A DNA stretch of 41,384 nt from an uncultured Polaribacter sp. (lineage in GTDB: Bacteria > Bacteroidota > Bacteroidia > Flavobacteriales > Flavobacteriaceae), in the NCBI GenBank assembly GCA_964396505.1, contig CAYNFJ010000001.1, positions 1 through 41,384 of the forward strand, read 5' to 3'. Shown piece by piece: positions 18,450-26,497 of this stretch. Under the pieces are notes generated by a model. It was not told where the DNA came from. It did no database searches and worked only from the letters and a program-made list of their open reading frames with translations. The translations under genes were made by a program, and so were the position numbers. The number at the start of each line of letters is the position of its first letter. The stretch's first letter is position 1.

Positions 18450-21400
18450 CTATGCTTCTTCGTTTCTTACTTTTACTTGGTACACTACATTGGGTTTAGT
18501 TCCTACAAAATCCAATAAATGATAGGCTCGCTTATCTTGAGCCAGTTTTGTAATCTTGGCTTCTTTATCATTGACATCTCCAAAGACCATCGCTCCGGTA
18601 CTACAAGCATTCATACAGGCAGTTTGGAATTCTCCATCTTTAATCTTACGACCTTCTTTTTTAGCTTGTAATATGGTGGCTTGTGACATTTGGATACACA
18701 TAGAGCATTTTTCCATTACACCACGAGAACGAACCACCACGTCGGGATTTAATACCATTTTACCGTATTCATCATTCATGTTGTAGTCAAATTCTTCATT
18801 TTCATTGTAACGGAACCAGTTAAAACGACGTACACGATACGGGCAGTTGTTGGCACAATAACGGGTACCTACACAACGATTGTAAGCCATTTGGTTTTGA
18901 CCTTGTTTACCGTGCGAGGTCGCTGCCACAGGGCATACTGTTTCACAGGGTGCGTGGTTACAGTGCTGACACATTACCGGTTGGAAAGCTACTTGCGGGT
19001 TTTCTGCCACTCTTTCCAATCCGTGATACATCTCAGCTTTACTCAACCCTTCTTCTTTTGCTGCCTCTCTGGTAGGTACATCCGAAGAGTAGTATCTATC
19101 AATACGCAACCAGTGCATATCTCGGCTTTTTCGTATTTCTCGTTTACCGACAACAGGAACATTATTTTCTGCGTGACAAGCAATGACACAAGCTGCACAT
19201 CCGGTACAAGCGGTCAAATCAATGGATAAATTAAAATGATGTCCATTGGATCTATCTACTGTTTCCCAAAGATCTACTTTTTCAGCATCTACTTCTTGAT
19301 GGTCATAAGAGAATTGATGATGATGGTTCCACTTATGCGCTTCCTCATTTTTATAATCATCCAATGAAACTTCTCTTAAAATATCATGACGACCGGCTAA
19401 TGTGTGTTGTAATTGAATACAAGCAAAACCGTGTCTATTTCCTGTTTTACGTAATGAAACTTCTGAATACGATTTATGGGTGAAAACAAAAGCATTGACA
19501 CCTTGTTTCATCTCGTCTTTTACTCCTTCTGTACGTCCATAACCCAGGGCTAAACCTACAGAACCTACAGCTTGTCCGGGTTGAATATATACCGGCACAT
19601 TTTCTATTGTGATACCATCTACGGTAATATCTACCGTATCACCATCTAAAGCACCGTCATCACGGGTGACGTTTTCCAATCCAAAAGCTTTGGCATCGGC
19701 TATGGATATTGATAGATAATTATCCCAAGAGGCACGGGTAATAGGATCCGGCAACTCTTGTAACCAAGGGTTGTTTGCCATTTGTCCATCGCCCATAGAT
19801 ACTTTGGTATATAAGGCTAATTCCAGTTTCCCTGATTTAATTTTACTCAATTCAGCTCCCACCTTATTCATATCAACAGCTCTTTCAAAACTTGTTTCTT
19901 CGGGTGTGTAATCTATTTGGGCAAATCCATCGTGAATAGCCTGATTCCAATCTCCGGAGAAATCGGACTTCATATAGTCATAAAAGTTCTGATCACTTCC
20001 CATCCATTTTAATAAGGTGTCTTGGAACTGACGGGTATAGAACAAGGGCTTAATAGTGGGCTGTGTAAGGCTATAATGCCCTTTTTTGTGCATCACATCA
20101 CCCCAAGATTCCAAATAATGTGGAATGGCTAGAGCATATTGCATCACTTTGGCCGTTTCATTTTCATGCATGGCAAAGGCAAGCGTCAAATCAATATTTT
20201 TTAAAGCCTCAGTAAATGCAGAACTATTGGATAAGGTATAAGCAGGGTTGGTATTGTAGGTCAATAATGCACCCACCTTACCGGCTTTCATATCTTTAAT
20301 CAAATTTGCTACTTCGGCATCATTTCCTTTTCGAATGTTTTTAGTATGTACGGTGTCTATTACCTCAGAAGACAAAGCTTCATTAATAGCCAAAGCAAGT
20401 ATTTGAGCATTTTTATCTTGAATACCGGTCACCAACACACCTTTAGATCCGGCTGTTTTTAATTTTTTTGCAATTTCTTTAATAGCAGTATCTACCGGAG
20501 TACTTTTGGTGGGTAAACTACTACCGGTTATGGCATTGTACAAACCAATCAAAGCATAGACTTGTTCTGAAGGTTTTAAGGTAATTCGTTTATCGGCATT
20601 GGCTCCTGTCAAAGACATATTGGATTCCAACTGAATATGATGAGACATGCTACCGGATTCCGGACGACGTCCATTGATATAACTAGCGCTAAAATTACCA
20701 CCTTGCCAATCACCTAAGAAATCGGCTCCGATAGAGACAATGGTTTTTGCCTTGGAAAAATCGTAATCGGGTAAAGCACGTTCACCATACATAGCATCAA
20801 AAGCGTCCAAGGCGGCAGATTCCGACACGGCATCGTAGATAACGTGACGTACTTTTCCGTATTTTTCTTCAAACTGTGTAAGTAGTTTACGGGTAGAAGG
20901 ACTGGCACAGGTTCCGGTAAGTAATACCACGTCTTTTCCGGAGGCATATATTTTAGGTAAAGCGGCTGTAATTTGTTTATCCAGTTCTTCCCAAGTTATT
21001 TTTTCTCCTTTGTATTTAGGTCCTTTTAATCGCGTGCTGTCATATAAAGAAAGTACAGATGCTTGTACCCGTGCATTGGTAGCTCCTCCTGCTTCTTTAT
21101 TGGCTTCTATTTTGATAGGGCGTCCTTCTCTGGTTTTGACAAGGATGTTGGCAAAATCGTATCCATCAAACATCGTAGATGCATAATAATTTGCCATACC
21201 CGGTGTTACTTCTTCGGGTTTAATTACATAAGGAATGGCTTTTCTAACAGGACCTTCACAAGATGCCAAGGTAGCTGCTGCCGTTGAAAAACCAACATAT
21301 TTAAGAAAATCTCTACGTGAAGGTTCGGATGCTTCTAAAGTTTCTTTATCTCCTAAAAATTCATCTGTAGGAATTTCTTCCATAAACTCTTTTTGGTTAA

Positions 21401-21470
21401 GCTGGTCGATGAGTGAGGTATCTTTTTTTAATTCCTCTGTACTTATCCAATATTTTTTATTTGATGCCAT
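18450..21470 (-). CDS. actB: Alternative complex III subunit ActB (TAT-variant molybdopterin-oxidoreductase-like + FeS fusion)
   Basis: 1006 aa. The SRRDFLKY twin-arginine motif is preceded by a ~50-aa extension. The body is molybdopterin-oxidoreductase-like. C-terminal ferredoxin Cys clusters are CTGCAACVIAC, CQHCNHAPCETVCP, CVGTRYCANNCP and CSMC. Confidence 0.93.
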   Translation of the reverse strand: MASNKKYWISTEELKKDTSLIDQLNQKEFMEEIPTDEFLGDKETLEASEPSRRDFLKYVGFSTAAATLASCEGPVRKAIPYVIKPEEVTPGMANYYASTMFDGYDFANILVKTREGRPIKIEANKEAGGATNARVQASVLSLYDSTRLKGPKYKGEKITWEELDKQITAALPKIYASGKDVVLLTGTCASPSTRKLLTQFEEKYGKVRHVIYDAVSESAALDAFDAMYGERALPDYDFSKAKTIVSIGADFLGDWQGGNFSASYINGRRPESGSMSHHIQLESNMSLTGANADKRITLKPSEQVYALIGLYNAITGSSLPTKSTPVDTAIKEIAKKLKTAGSKGVLVTGIQDKNAQILALAINEALSSEVIDTVHTKNIRKGNDAEVANLIKDMKAGKVGALLTYNTNPAYTLSNSSAFTEALKNIDLTLAFAMHENETAKVMQYALAIPHYLESWGDVMHKKGHYSLTQPTIKPLFYTRQFQDTLLKWMGSDQNFYDYMKSDFSGDWNQAIHDGFAQIDYTPEETSFERAVDMNKVGAELSKIKSGKLELALYTKVSMGDGQMANNPWLQELPDPITRASWDNYLSISIADAKAFGLENVTRDDGALDGDTVDITVDGITIENVPVYIQPGQAVGSVGLALGYGRTEGVKDEMKQGVNAFVFTHKSYSEVSLRKTGNRHGFACIQLQHTLAGRHDILREVSLDDYKNEEAHKWNHHHQFSYDHQEVDAEKVDLWETVDRSNGHHFNLSIDLTACTGCAACVIACHAENNVPVVGKREIRKSRDMHWLRIDRYYSSDVPTREAAKEEGLSKAEMYHGLERVAENPQVAFQPVMCQHCNHAPCETVCPVAATSHGKQGQNQMAYNRCVGTRYCANNCPYRVRRFNWFRYNENEEFDYNMNDEYGKMVLNPDVVVRSRGVMEKCSMCIQMSQATILQAKKEGRKIKDGEFQTACMNACSTGAMVFGDVNDKEAKITKLAQDKRAYHLLDFVGTKPNVVYQVKVRNEEA

Positions 21471-21541
21471 ATTTATTTGGTCTTTAGTTTTTAGTCTATT
21501 AACTAGCCTAAAGCTAACTTAGATTATCTTAATTAATTTTA

Positions 21542-22744
21542 TTAGTAGTGACATTTACCACATTCTCTACCACCCATATCGGCTACGGTTGCACCTTTGT
21601 GCAATTCTCTGAATTCATCACTATATGTTTCTTTGTAATAGCCGTTATTCATATTGACTTTTCTTTCCTTATGACAAGACACACACCAATCCATTGTCAA
21701 GGGAGAGTATTGTTCTATCCTGTGCATATTTTCAACCGGTCCATGGCAGGTTTGACATTCCAATCCTGCAACGTTAACATGTTGAGAATGATTGTAATAT
21801 ACAAAATCAGGAAGGTTGTGAACCCGTGTCCATTCAATGGGTTTACCTTTACCGGTATAAGCAAATTCTTTAGGATTCCAACCGGCAGCTTTGTGTACTT
21901 TTTCAATTTCTTTATCAAAGAATTTTTTATCGTGGTCGCCATAAAGTTCTCCTTTGTATTCGGTAATGGATTTATGACAATTCATACAAACATTTACCGT
22001 GGGAATACCGGAGGTCTTACTGTGTTTTGCAGAAGAGTGGCAATACTCACAATTAATACCATTATCACCGGCATGTACTTTGTGTGAAAATTCTACTGTT
22101 TGAACCGGTTTATAGCCGGTATCAACCCCTACTTGCAACAACCAAGCAAACAAAAAATAGGCGGCACTAAACAACCATACAATGGTTAACATAATGGCTA
22201 ATAAATTTAATTTTTTCTTCGCAAAAAAGAAAATAATCAATCCTAAAACCAGTAAGATTGCGGGTTGCCACCACCAATTTAACGAACCGGCTTCAATATC
22301 CAAAGCAGAATCATTATTATTTAAGGTGTTATCCTTGACACCTACCGGAGGAGTGGCTTCTTTGACAGGTGCTACCCCCTCATCACCAACTGCTAAATAG
22401 GCAATAATATCATCCAGATCTGAATCGGAGAACTGGGGATGTGCCGGCATTGGAATTTTAAATTCGTCAAAAATTGCCTTGGCATCTGCATCTTTCTTTA
22501 TAAATTCTGTGCTGTTAGAAATAAATTGTTTCAACCATTCTTTAGAGCGTTTATCAGCAACACCTTTCAAGGCAGGTCCCACTAATTTTGAATCCATTCT
22601 ATGACAAGCGGTACAGGTAGAATTAAATAACTTTTGACCATTTGCCGGATCTTGAGCAAACAGATTTAAAGTGAATAAAAAAAGAAACGAAAAGACAATA
22701 CTTGTGAGTCTTGATACTAAATTGCTTTTGTGTACAATATCCAT
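21542..22744 (-). CDS. actA: Alternative complex III subunit ActA (multiheme cytochrome c; 5 + 1 CxxCH)
   Basis: Signal peptide, then an N-terminal class-I-like cytochrome c module (CTACH), a TM segment, then five CxxCH sites (CEYCH, CMNCH, CQTCH, CVSCH, CGKCH). Confidence 0.9.
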   Translation of the reverse strand: MDIVHKSNLVSRLTSIVFSFLFLFTLNLFAQDPANGQKLFNSTCTACHRMDSKLVGPALKGVADKRSKEWLKQFISNSTEFIKKDADAKAIFDEFKIPMPAHPQFSDSDLDDIIAYLAVGDEGVAPVKEATPPVGVKDNTLNNNDSALDIEAGSLNWWWQPAILLVLGLIIFFFAKKKLNLLAIMLTIVWLFSAAYFLFAWLLQVGVDTGYKPVQTVEFSHKVHAGDNGINCEYCHSSAKHSKTSGIPTVNVCMNCHKSITEYKGELYGDHDKKFFDKEIEKVHKAAGWNPKEFAYTGKGKPIEWTRVHNLPDFVYYNHSQHVNVAGLECQTCHGPVENMHRIEQYSPLTMDWCVSCHKERKVNMNNGYYKETYSDEFRELHKGATVADMGGRECGKCHY

Positions 22745-22949
22745 ATTGTAATAGTGTTTTATCTTGTTTGGTATGATTATTTCATAGTACTACATCACAA
22801 GTAGTTACTAAAATAATGATGCGAAAGTAATATTTATTTATAAATTAAACAACAATCCACAAGATATGCGTTTTATTTATAATCATTCTAAATAAATTAA
22901 ACAAACACAATTAAACACATTATTATTGGTTAAGTATGTATTTACAATT

Positions 22950-22957
22950 TATATTTG
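22950..22957 (+). promoter_or_regulatory. Candidate -7 promoter box for the SPOR gene
   Basis: TATATTTG lies 15 nt upstream of ATG 22972 and downstream of the ORF-track ATG at 22936. This argues for the later start. Confidence 0.5.
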
Positions 22958-22971
22958 CAAAAACACACCGT

Positions 22972-23349
22972 ATGAATCAGTTTAAAACACCTGTATATTT
23001 GTTACTAGGTTTTCTTTTGATAAGTTTTCACTCATTGGCACAAAACAGTGATGTGAATATGCAACGAATTATTCAAGAAAAAAGAGTTTACAATTTGAAC
23101 AACCTGGAAGTAATTGGTTATAAAATCCAATTATTTAATGGTATTAGTGAAACTACTGCAAAAAAAATCCAGTCGAATTTCAGCGCACTTTTTCCGGATA
23201 TTCCTGTCCGATTATTTTTTGAACAACCGGAATGGAAAGTGCAAGCCGGTAATTTTTTGACTAAATTAGAAGCACACAAAGCCCTTCAACAAATCCAAAA
23301 AGAATTTGCCGGAGCTTTTCCATTAAAGGCAAAAATAAAAATAGAATAA
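22972..23349 (+). CDS. SPOR domain-containing protein (peptidoglycan-binding)
   Basis: Signal peptide MNQFKTPVYLLLGFLLISFHSLAQ, then a SPOR-like module (GYKIQLFNG...PEWKVQAGNFLTKLEAHKAL). Confidence 0.8.
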   Translation: MNQFKTPVYLLLGFLLISFHSLAQNSDVNMQRIIQEKRVYNLNNLEVIGYKIQLFNGISETTAKKIQSNFSALFPDIPVRLFFEQPEWKVQAGNFLTKLEAHKALQQIQKEFAGAFPLKAKIKIE

Positions 23350-23355
23350 CGAATA

Positions 23356-23577
23356 TTACGACTCCTCTTCTTCTTGTTTGGAATTGGTTTTCATTCCACA
23401 AATAGAATAAAGTGGACAACTACTGATCAATGTAGTCAATAACAGTATAATAGCCACCGCATACAGTACATACGATACCCAAGCAGTTTCAAAATTTCCG
23501 TTGTAGGCAAAATAAGCCGCTACAATAGCTAAAATAACACGAATAAATTTGTCTAAATTTCCTACGTTTTTTTTCAT
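23356..23577 (-). CDS. DUF2892 (YgaP-like) small membrane protein
   Basis: 73 aa. MKKNVGNLDKFIRVILAIVAAYFA plus a second TM ending in SSCPLYSICG, the typical DUF2892 pattern. Confidence 0.8.
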   Translation of the reverse strand: MKKNVGNLDKFIRVILAIVAAYFAYNGNFETAWVSYVLYAVAIILLLTTLISSCPLYSICGMKTNSKQEEEES

Positions 23578-23643
23578 AATAGTGGTTTTTAGAATGATTG
23601 ATTTTTACATTTAACAATAGACGAGTGCTCCATAAGTAAAAAA

Positions 23644-23922
23644 TTATAGAGAAATGTCTTTATTGAGGCGACCCGCCGCACAACTTACATAAGATTTTGC
23701 TTTATGAATTAAATGGTTATCCATAGTCGCTTCCGGATACCCCAAAGCAGCCAACTTCTTTTTTACAGAAGCCACTACCGAATCTGAAGCGGCCTCGAAA
23801 AACACTTTTGATGCTACCACATCTACCGATACATTGTCAGCTCCTTGAACAGACAACACACCTTTGGTTACCGTATGGGCACAACCCCTACATTTTAAAT
23901 TTTGAATGTGTATCGTTGCCAT
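23644..23922 (-). CDS. Heavy-metal-associated (HMA) domain protein with a C-terminal extension
   Basis: Ferredoxin-like HMA layout with CxxC in NLKCRGCAHTV. An extra ~25 aa tail holds a further Cys (SYVSCAAG). Confidence 0.75.
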   Translation of the reverse strand: MATIHIQNLKCRGCAHTVTKGVLSVQGADNVSVDVVASKVFFEAASDSVVASVKKKLAALGYPEATMDNHLIHKAKSYVSCAAGRLNKDISL

Positions 23923-23949
23923 TTTATTAGTTGTTTCTTAGATTTGTAA

Positions 23950-23957
23950 CAAAAGTA
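23950..23957 (-). promoter_or_regulatory. Candidate -7 promoter box for the HMA gene
   Basis: Plus-strand CAAAAGTA is TACTTTTG on the minus strand, 28 nt upstream of the ATG at 23922. Confidence 0.45.
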
Positions 23958-23996
23958 ACAAAAAATAACGAACTAACAAAAACGAGTACCTATCAA

Positions 23997-24161
23997 TTAG
24001 GAGTGACCACCAACTACAATGCGCATAATTTTTAGATTTAATCTAAAAAATTGCCAAATTTGATGGATAAAACACACCCTTAAAAAACGCACAAACTTTC
24101 CGGGTTCTGTTGCATAAGACATATTACTATATGGGATGGTTTGTTTTTTACTTTTTTTCAT
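23997..24161 (-). CDS. Hypothetical small basic protein (54 aa) downstream of the SQR-like gene
   Basis: From the internal ATG: MKKSKKQTIPYSNMSYATEPGKFVRFLRVCFIHQIWQFFRLNLKIMRIVVGGHS, a basic N-terminus plus an amphipathic helix. The longer ORF-track version would overlap the SQR-like gene. I recognise no family, and it may not be translated. Confidence 0.3.
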   Translation of the reverse strand: MKKSKKQTIPYSNMSYATEPGKFVRFLRVCFIHQIWQFFRLNLKIMRIVVGGHS

Positions 24162-24196
24162 TTTAATAAATTTATATTGTTTGACAATAGTCCTGT

Positions 24197-25654
24197 TTAC
24201 TCCGGTATCACCCACCAAAAAGGCTTGGCTTTTGCTTTATATAAAAACATATAATGCATAAACAGTTTCATCCAATGACCGGCAGTTCCTACTACTCCTA
24301 CCGTATCACGCACATTTCTACCCCATTTTGGATATTTCTCCCAATCTTGAACAATGGGTTTTACAGTCATTACAGCTGCTTGACCTCTAAACAAACCATA
24401 ACCGGCAGATACAATACAAGCAGCACCCATTTTTGCCATAGAAGCTCTGTGTGGGTTATCATTTTTACCGGTCTTTACTCTATGAGCTATATTTTGTGCA
24501 ACAATTTTTCCAATAACACCCGATGGCATTCCGGTTCTGGGTGGGGTTGGAAAAATCTTGGTTCCATTAGGACTTTGCATAGGTTTTGACATAGTATGTG
24601 GTGGCGCAAAAGCGATACCGGCTGCGTACATATTGTCATAAGCAGGGCTCTGATAAGTTTCCGGCCAATCGGCTGCACTCCATTCTTCATAAGGCTTGGG
24701 AGTATAATCTGCATCTACCTTCATCATCGTGTTAGCTGCAAAAACTTTATCAGAAATATCTGATCCGTCTTTTGCGAAAGCCTTCATACCGGAACCTGAA
24801 AAGCCGGGAATAAGCATCGCAAAATCAAACTCTTTGGATAATTTTTCACCGCGTAAATTTTCATAATAGGCCACTCCTTCTTCTACTTTATAAACACCGG
24901 CTCTTTTAATCCATCGCACTCCATATTCTTTTAAAATAGATTCTGTAAATATTTTAGTAGGTGTAATGTATCCGTTTCGTCTTACATAGGCACCTCCCAT
25001 TCCAAAATCACCCAATTCATATTCATTGGAAATCCACCAAATATCAGCCAAATGTGATAAATTTCTCTTTCCTACTTCAAATGCAATGTTCAGTACATAT
25101 TCAAATGCAGCACCTTGACAAGTTGCCAAACCGTGGCCCGTTCCAATCAAAAAAGTCTGCTTTTCTCCATTTTCCATCTTCTTAAGTGCTTTTTGGAGAT
25201 TGCCCCAAGCATGTTCCGCATGATCGTAAGTACAAACCGAATTGGTGTATTTATCGGGACCTAAACCCTCAGTCGCTGCAAAATTAAGTTTAGGACCGGT
25301 CGCATTAATCAAATAATCGTAGGTCACTTTCTCTTCAGTTCCTTCTTTGTCTTCAGAAACATATTTTATTTTTACAAAAGGATTGTCCAGCTCATTATCA
25401 CCTTCCGGATGAATAGAGGTTGCCAACGCTTGCTTGTATTGAATTCCCAATTTTTTATAAACCGGAGCTAATTTAAATTTTACTTGTTCCGGTTTCATTA
25501 ATCCGACCCCAACCCAAATATTTGAAGGGACCCATTGAAAATTACTGTTTGGTGATACAATCACCACTTCGTGTTTTTTTCCTAAATACCTATTGAGATA
25601 CGTCACTGCCGTATGCCCGGAAATACCGGCTCCTAAAACTAAAACTTTTGCCAT
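24197..25654 (-). CDS. sqr: Sulfide:quinone oxidoreductase-like FAD-dependent oxidoreductase
   Basis: N-terminal VLVLGAGISGHTA dinucleotide fold. Cys residues in SVCTYDHAEHA, GLATCQGAAFEY and GAACIVSAGYG resemble the three conserved SQR cysteines. The C-terminal tail is amphipathic (HWMKLFMHYMFLYKAKAKPFWW). There is no second NAD(P)H GxGxxG, which argues against NDH-2. Confidence 0.75.
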   Translation of the reverse strand: MAKVLVLGAGISGHTAVTYLNRYLGKKHEVVIVSPNSNFQWVPSNIWVGVGLMKPEQVKFKLAPVYKKLGIQYKQALATSIHPEGDNELDNPFVKIKYVSEDKEGTEEKVTYDYLINATGPKLNFAATEGLGPDKYTNSVCTYDHAEHAWGNLQKALKKMENGEKQTFLIGTGHGLATCQGAAFEYVLNIAFEVGKRNLSHLADIWWISNEYELGDFGMGGAYVRRNGYITPTKIFTESILKEYGVRWIKRAGVYKVEEGVAYYENLRGEKLSKEFDFAMLIPGFSGSGMKAFAKDGSDISDKVFAANTMMKVDADYTPKPYEEWSAADWPETYQSPAYDNMYAAGIAFAPPHTMSKPMQSPNGTKIFPTPPRTGMPSGVIGKIVAQNIAHRVKTGKNDNPHRASMAKMGAACIVSAGYGLFRGQAAVMTVKPIVQDWEKYPKWGRNVRDTVGVVGTAGHWMKLFMHYMFLYKAKAKPFWWVIPE

Positions 25655-25691
25655 TTAAAAAGATTTAACAATTATTAATTTTATCACATTG

Positions 25692-25728
25692 AAAAACAAA
25701 AAATAGACAGCAATCTATTTGTTTTTTT
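25692..25728 (-). promoter_or_regulatory. Terminator-like hairpin in the predicted 5' leader of the SQR-like gene
   Basis: 7-bp perfect stem AAATAGA/TCTATTT (25701-25707 / 25714-25720) with a 6-nt loop, extendable with a bulge. It is flanked by an A-run and a T-run, and lies between the -7 box (25739-25746) and the ATG (25654). Confidence 0.4.
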
Positions 25729-25738
25729 ATTTATTTCG

Positions 25739-25746
25739 CAAATATA
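25739..25746 (-). promoter_or_regulatory. Candidate -7 promoter box for the SQR-like gene
   Basis: Plus-strand CAAATATA is TATATTTG on the minus strand, about 85 nt upstream of the ATG. Confidence 0.5.
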
Positions 25747-25873
25747 CAATTTAAACTTAATTGATATGTGACTTTTGTTACTTTGAAAATTTTTACACAA
25801 ACTAATTTTGTATTTGGTTACATTAATATAAAAAAACACTATTTATAACTCTTGTCTGTTCTAACTAAAATAG

Positions 25874-25881
25874 TATCTTTG
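25874..25881 (+). promoter_or_regulatory. Candidate -7 promoter box for the DUF4293 gene
   Basis: TATCTTTG lies 22 nt upstream of ATG 25903. Confidence 0.5.
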
Positions 25882-25902
25882 TAGCTCATTATTTTAGTTA
25901 AA

Positions 25903-26337
25903 ATGATTCAACGTATTCAAAGCATCTACCTATTATTGGTAAGCCTTTTATCAGGAGGACTTGTTTTTTATTTAAAAATAGGTTCTAACATAGATAGAAG
26001 TGCTTTTTATATATTGGATTTATTCCACGAAACCTCCTATTTACTTAAAAGCATCAGTATCGAGTTTTGGTTGGTGGCTGTTTTAGCTATCATCAGTTTA
26101 TTTGCTTTTAAAAATAGAAAATTACAAATCAATATCAACCGTTTCAATATATTGATAAACCTTATTTTGTTAGGACTATTATGTTATCATCTATGCAATG
26201 TATCTGGAGAAACTCTTGTTTCTGAGAAGGGTATTGGGAGTTTTATTCCTTTGGGATCTATAGCTTTGCTGTTTTTGGCAAATCGAGCTATCCGGAAGGA
26301 TGAAAATCTTGTAAAATCCATAGATCGATTGCGATAA
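25903..26337 (+). CDS. DUF4293 family membrane protein
   Basis: 144 aa, four TM helices, characteristic N-terminus MIQRIQSIYLLLVSLL. Confidence 0.8.
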   Translation: MIQRIQSIYLLLVSLLSGGLVFYLKIGSNIDRSAFYILDLFHETSYLLKSISIEFWLVAVLAIISLFAFKNRKLQININRFNILINLILLGLLCYHLCNVSGETLVSEKGIGSFIPLGSIALLFLANRAIRKDENLVKSIDRLR

Positions 26338-26364
26338 TATTTCGCTTAGTATATTTAGTGCATA

Positions 26365-26398
26365 AACCCTCCTATTTAAAAAAACAGGAGGGTTTTTT
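26365..26398 (+). terminator. Intrinsic terminator of the DUF4293 gene
   Basis: 9-bp stem AACCCTCCT/AGGAGGGTT, 12-nt loop, then TTTTTT. Confidence 0.8.
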
Positions 26399-26417
26399 AA
26401 TAAAAAAACAAGTGCTC

Positions 26418-26457
26418 TACCCAATTCCGTGATTTTTAAAAATCACGGAATTGGGTA
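26418..26457. repeat. 40-bp perfect palindrome (candidate operator) upstream of the response-regulator promoter
   Basis: TACCCAATTCCGTGATTTTT|AAAAATCACGGAATTGGGTA. The arms are exact reverse complements over 20 bp, with no T-run after them. It ends 23 nt upstream of the -7 box at 26481. Confidence 0.7.
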
Positions 26458-26480
26458 TTGTGAGAAACTAATAACCCTTT

Positions 26481-26488
26481 TACATTTG
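26481..26488 (+). promoter_or_regulatory. Candidate -7 promoter box for the response regulator
   Basis: TACATTTG lies 10 nt upstream of ATG 26498, implying a very short leader. Confidence 0.5.
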
Positions 26489-26497
26489 TAACATAAA

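Noticed and set aside
21548-22087. 179-aa plus-strand ORF, the largest of many 60-180-aa ORFs in the track that lie antisense to or out of frame with strong genes. Others include 398-586, 705-1073, 2950-3180, 4011-4666, 5140-5397, 6026-6310, 7154-7450, 8815-9015, 10029-10253, 10747-11064, 11104-11488, 12418-12633, 13303-13831, 14094-14339, 15165-15543, 18556-19229, 20714-21522, 21715-22400, 24254-24714, 26191-26424, 26863-27129, 28070-28276, 31092-31721, 33840-34076, 35414-35620, 36512-36694, 37813-38154, 39365-39781 and 40932-41117.
   Set aside because: Each is fully or largely embedded in a CDS with unmistakable family signatures. Their translations are low-complexity or oddly composed (Phe/Ile/Cys/Arg-rich) with no recognisable motifs. 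Stop-poor antisense frames like these are expected.
23947-23977. Four TAAC(A)n repeats spaced 8-10 bp apart (TAACAAAAG TAACAAAAAA TAACGAAC TAACAAAAAC) around the HMA gene promoter, resembling phased A-tracts.
   Set aside because: The element is short, low-complexity and A-rich, and it overlaps the promoter box already called. There is no evidence beyond the periodicity itself.
25862-25900. 11-bp perfect inverted repeat TAACTAAAATA / TATTTTAGTTA bracketing the -7 box of the DUF4293 gene and ending 2 nt before its ATG; operator-like geometry.
   Set aside because: The arms are almost pure A/T. In DNA this AT-rich, an 11-bp inverted repeat with flexible spacing is plausibly a chance event somewhere in 41 kb. 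I leave it as a note, not a call.
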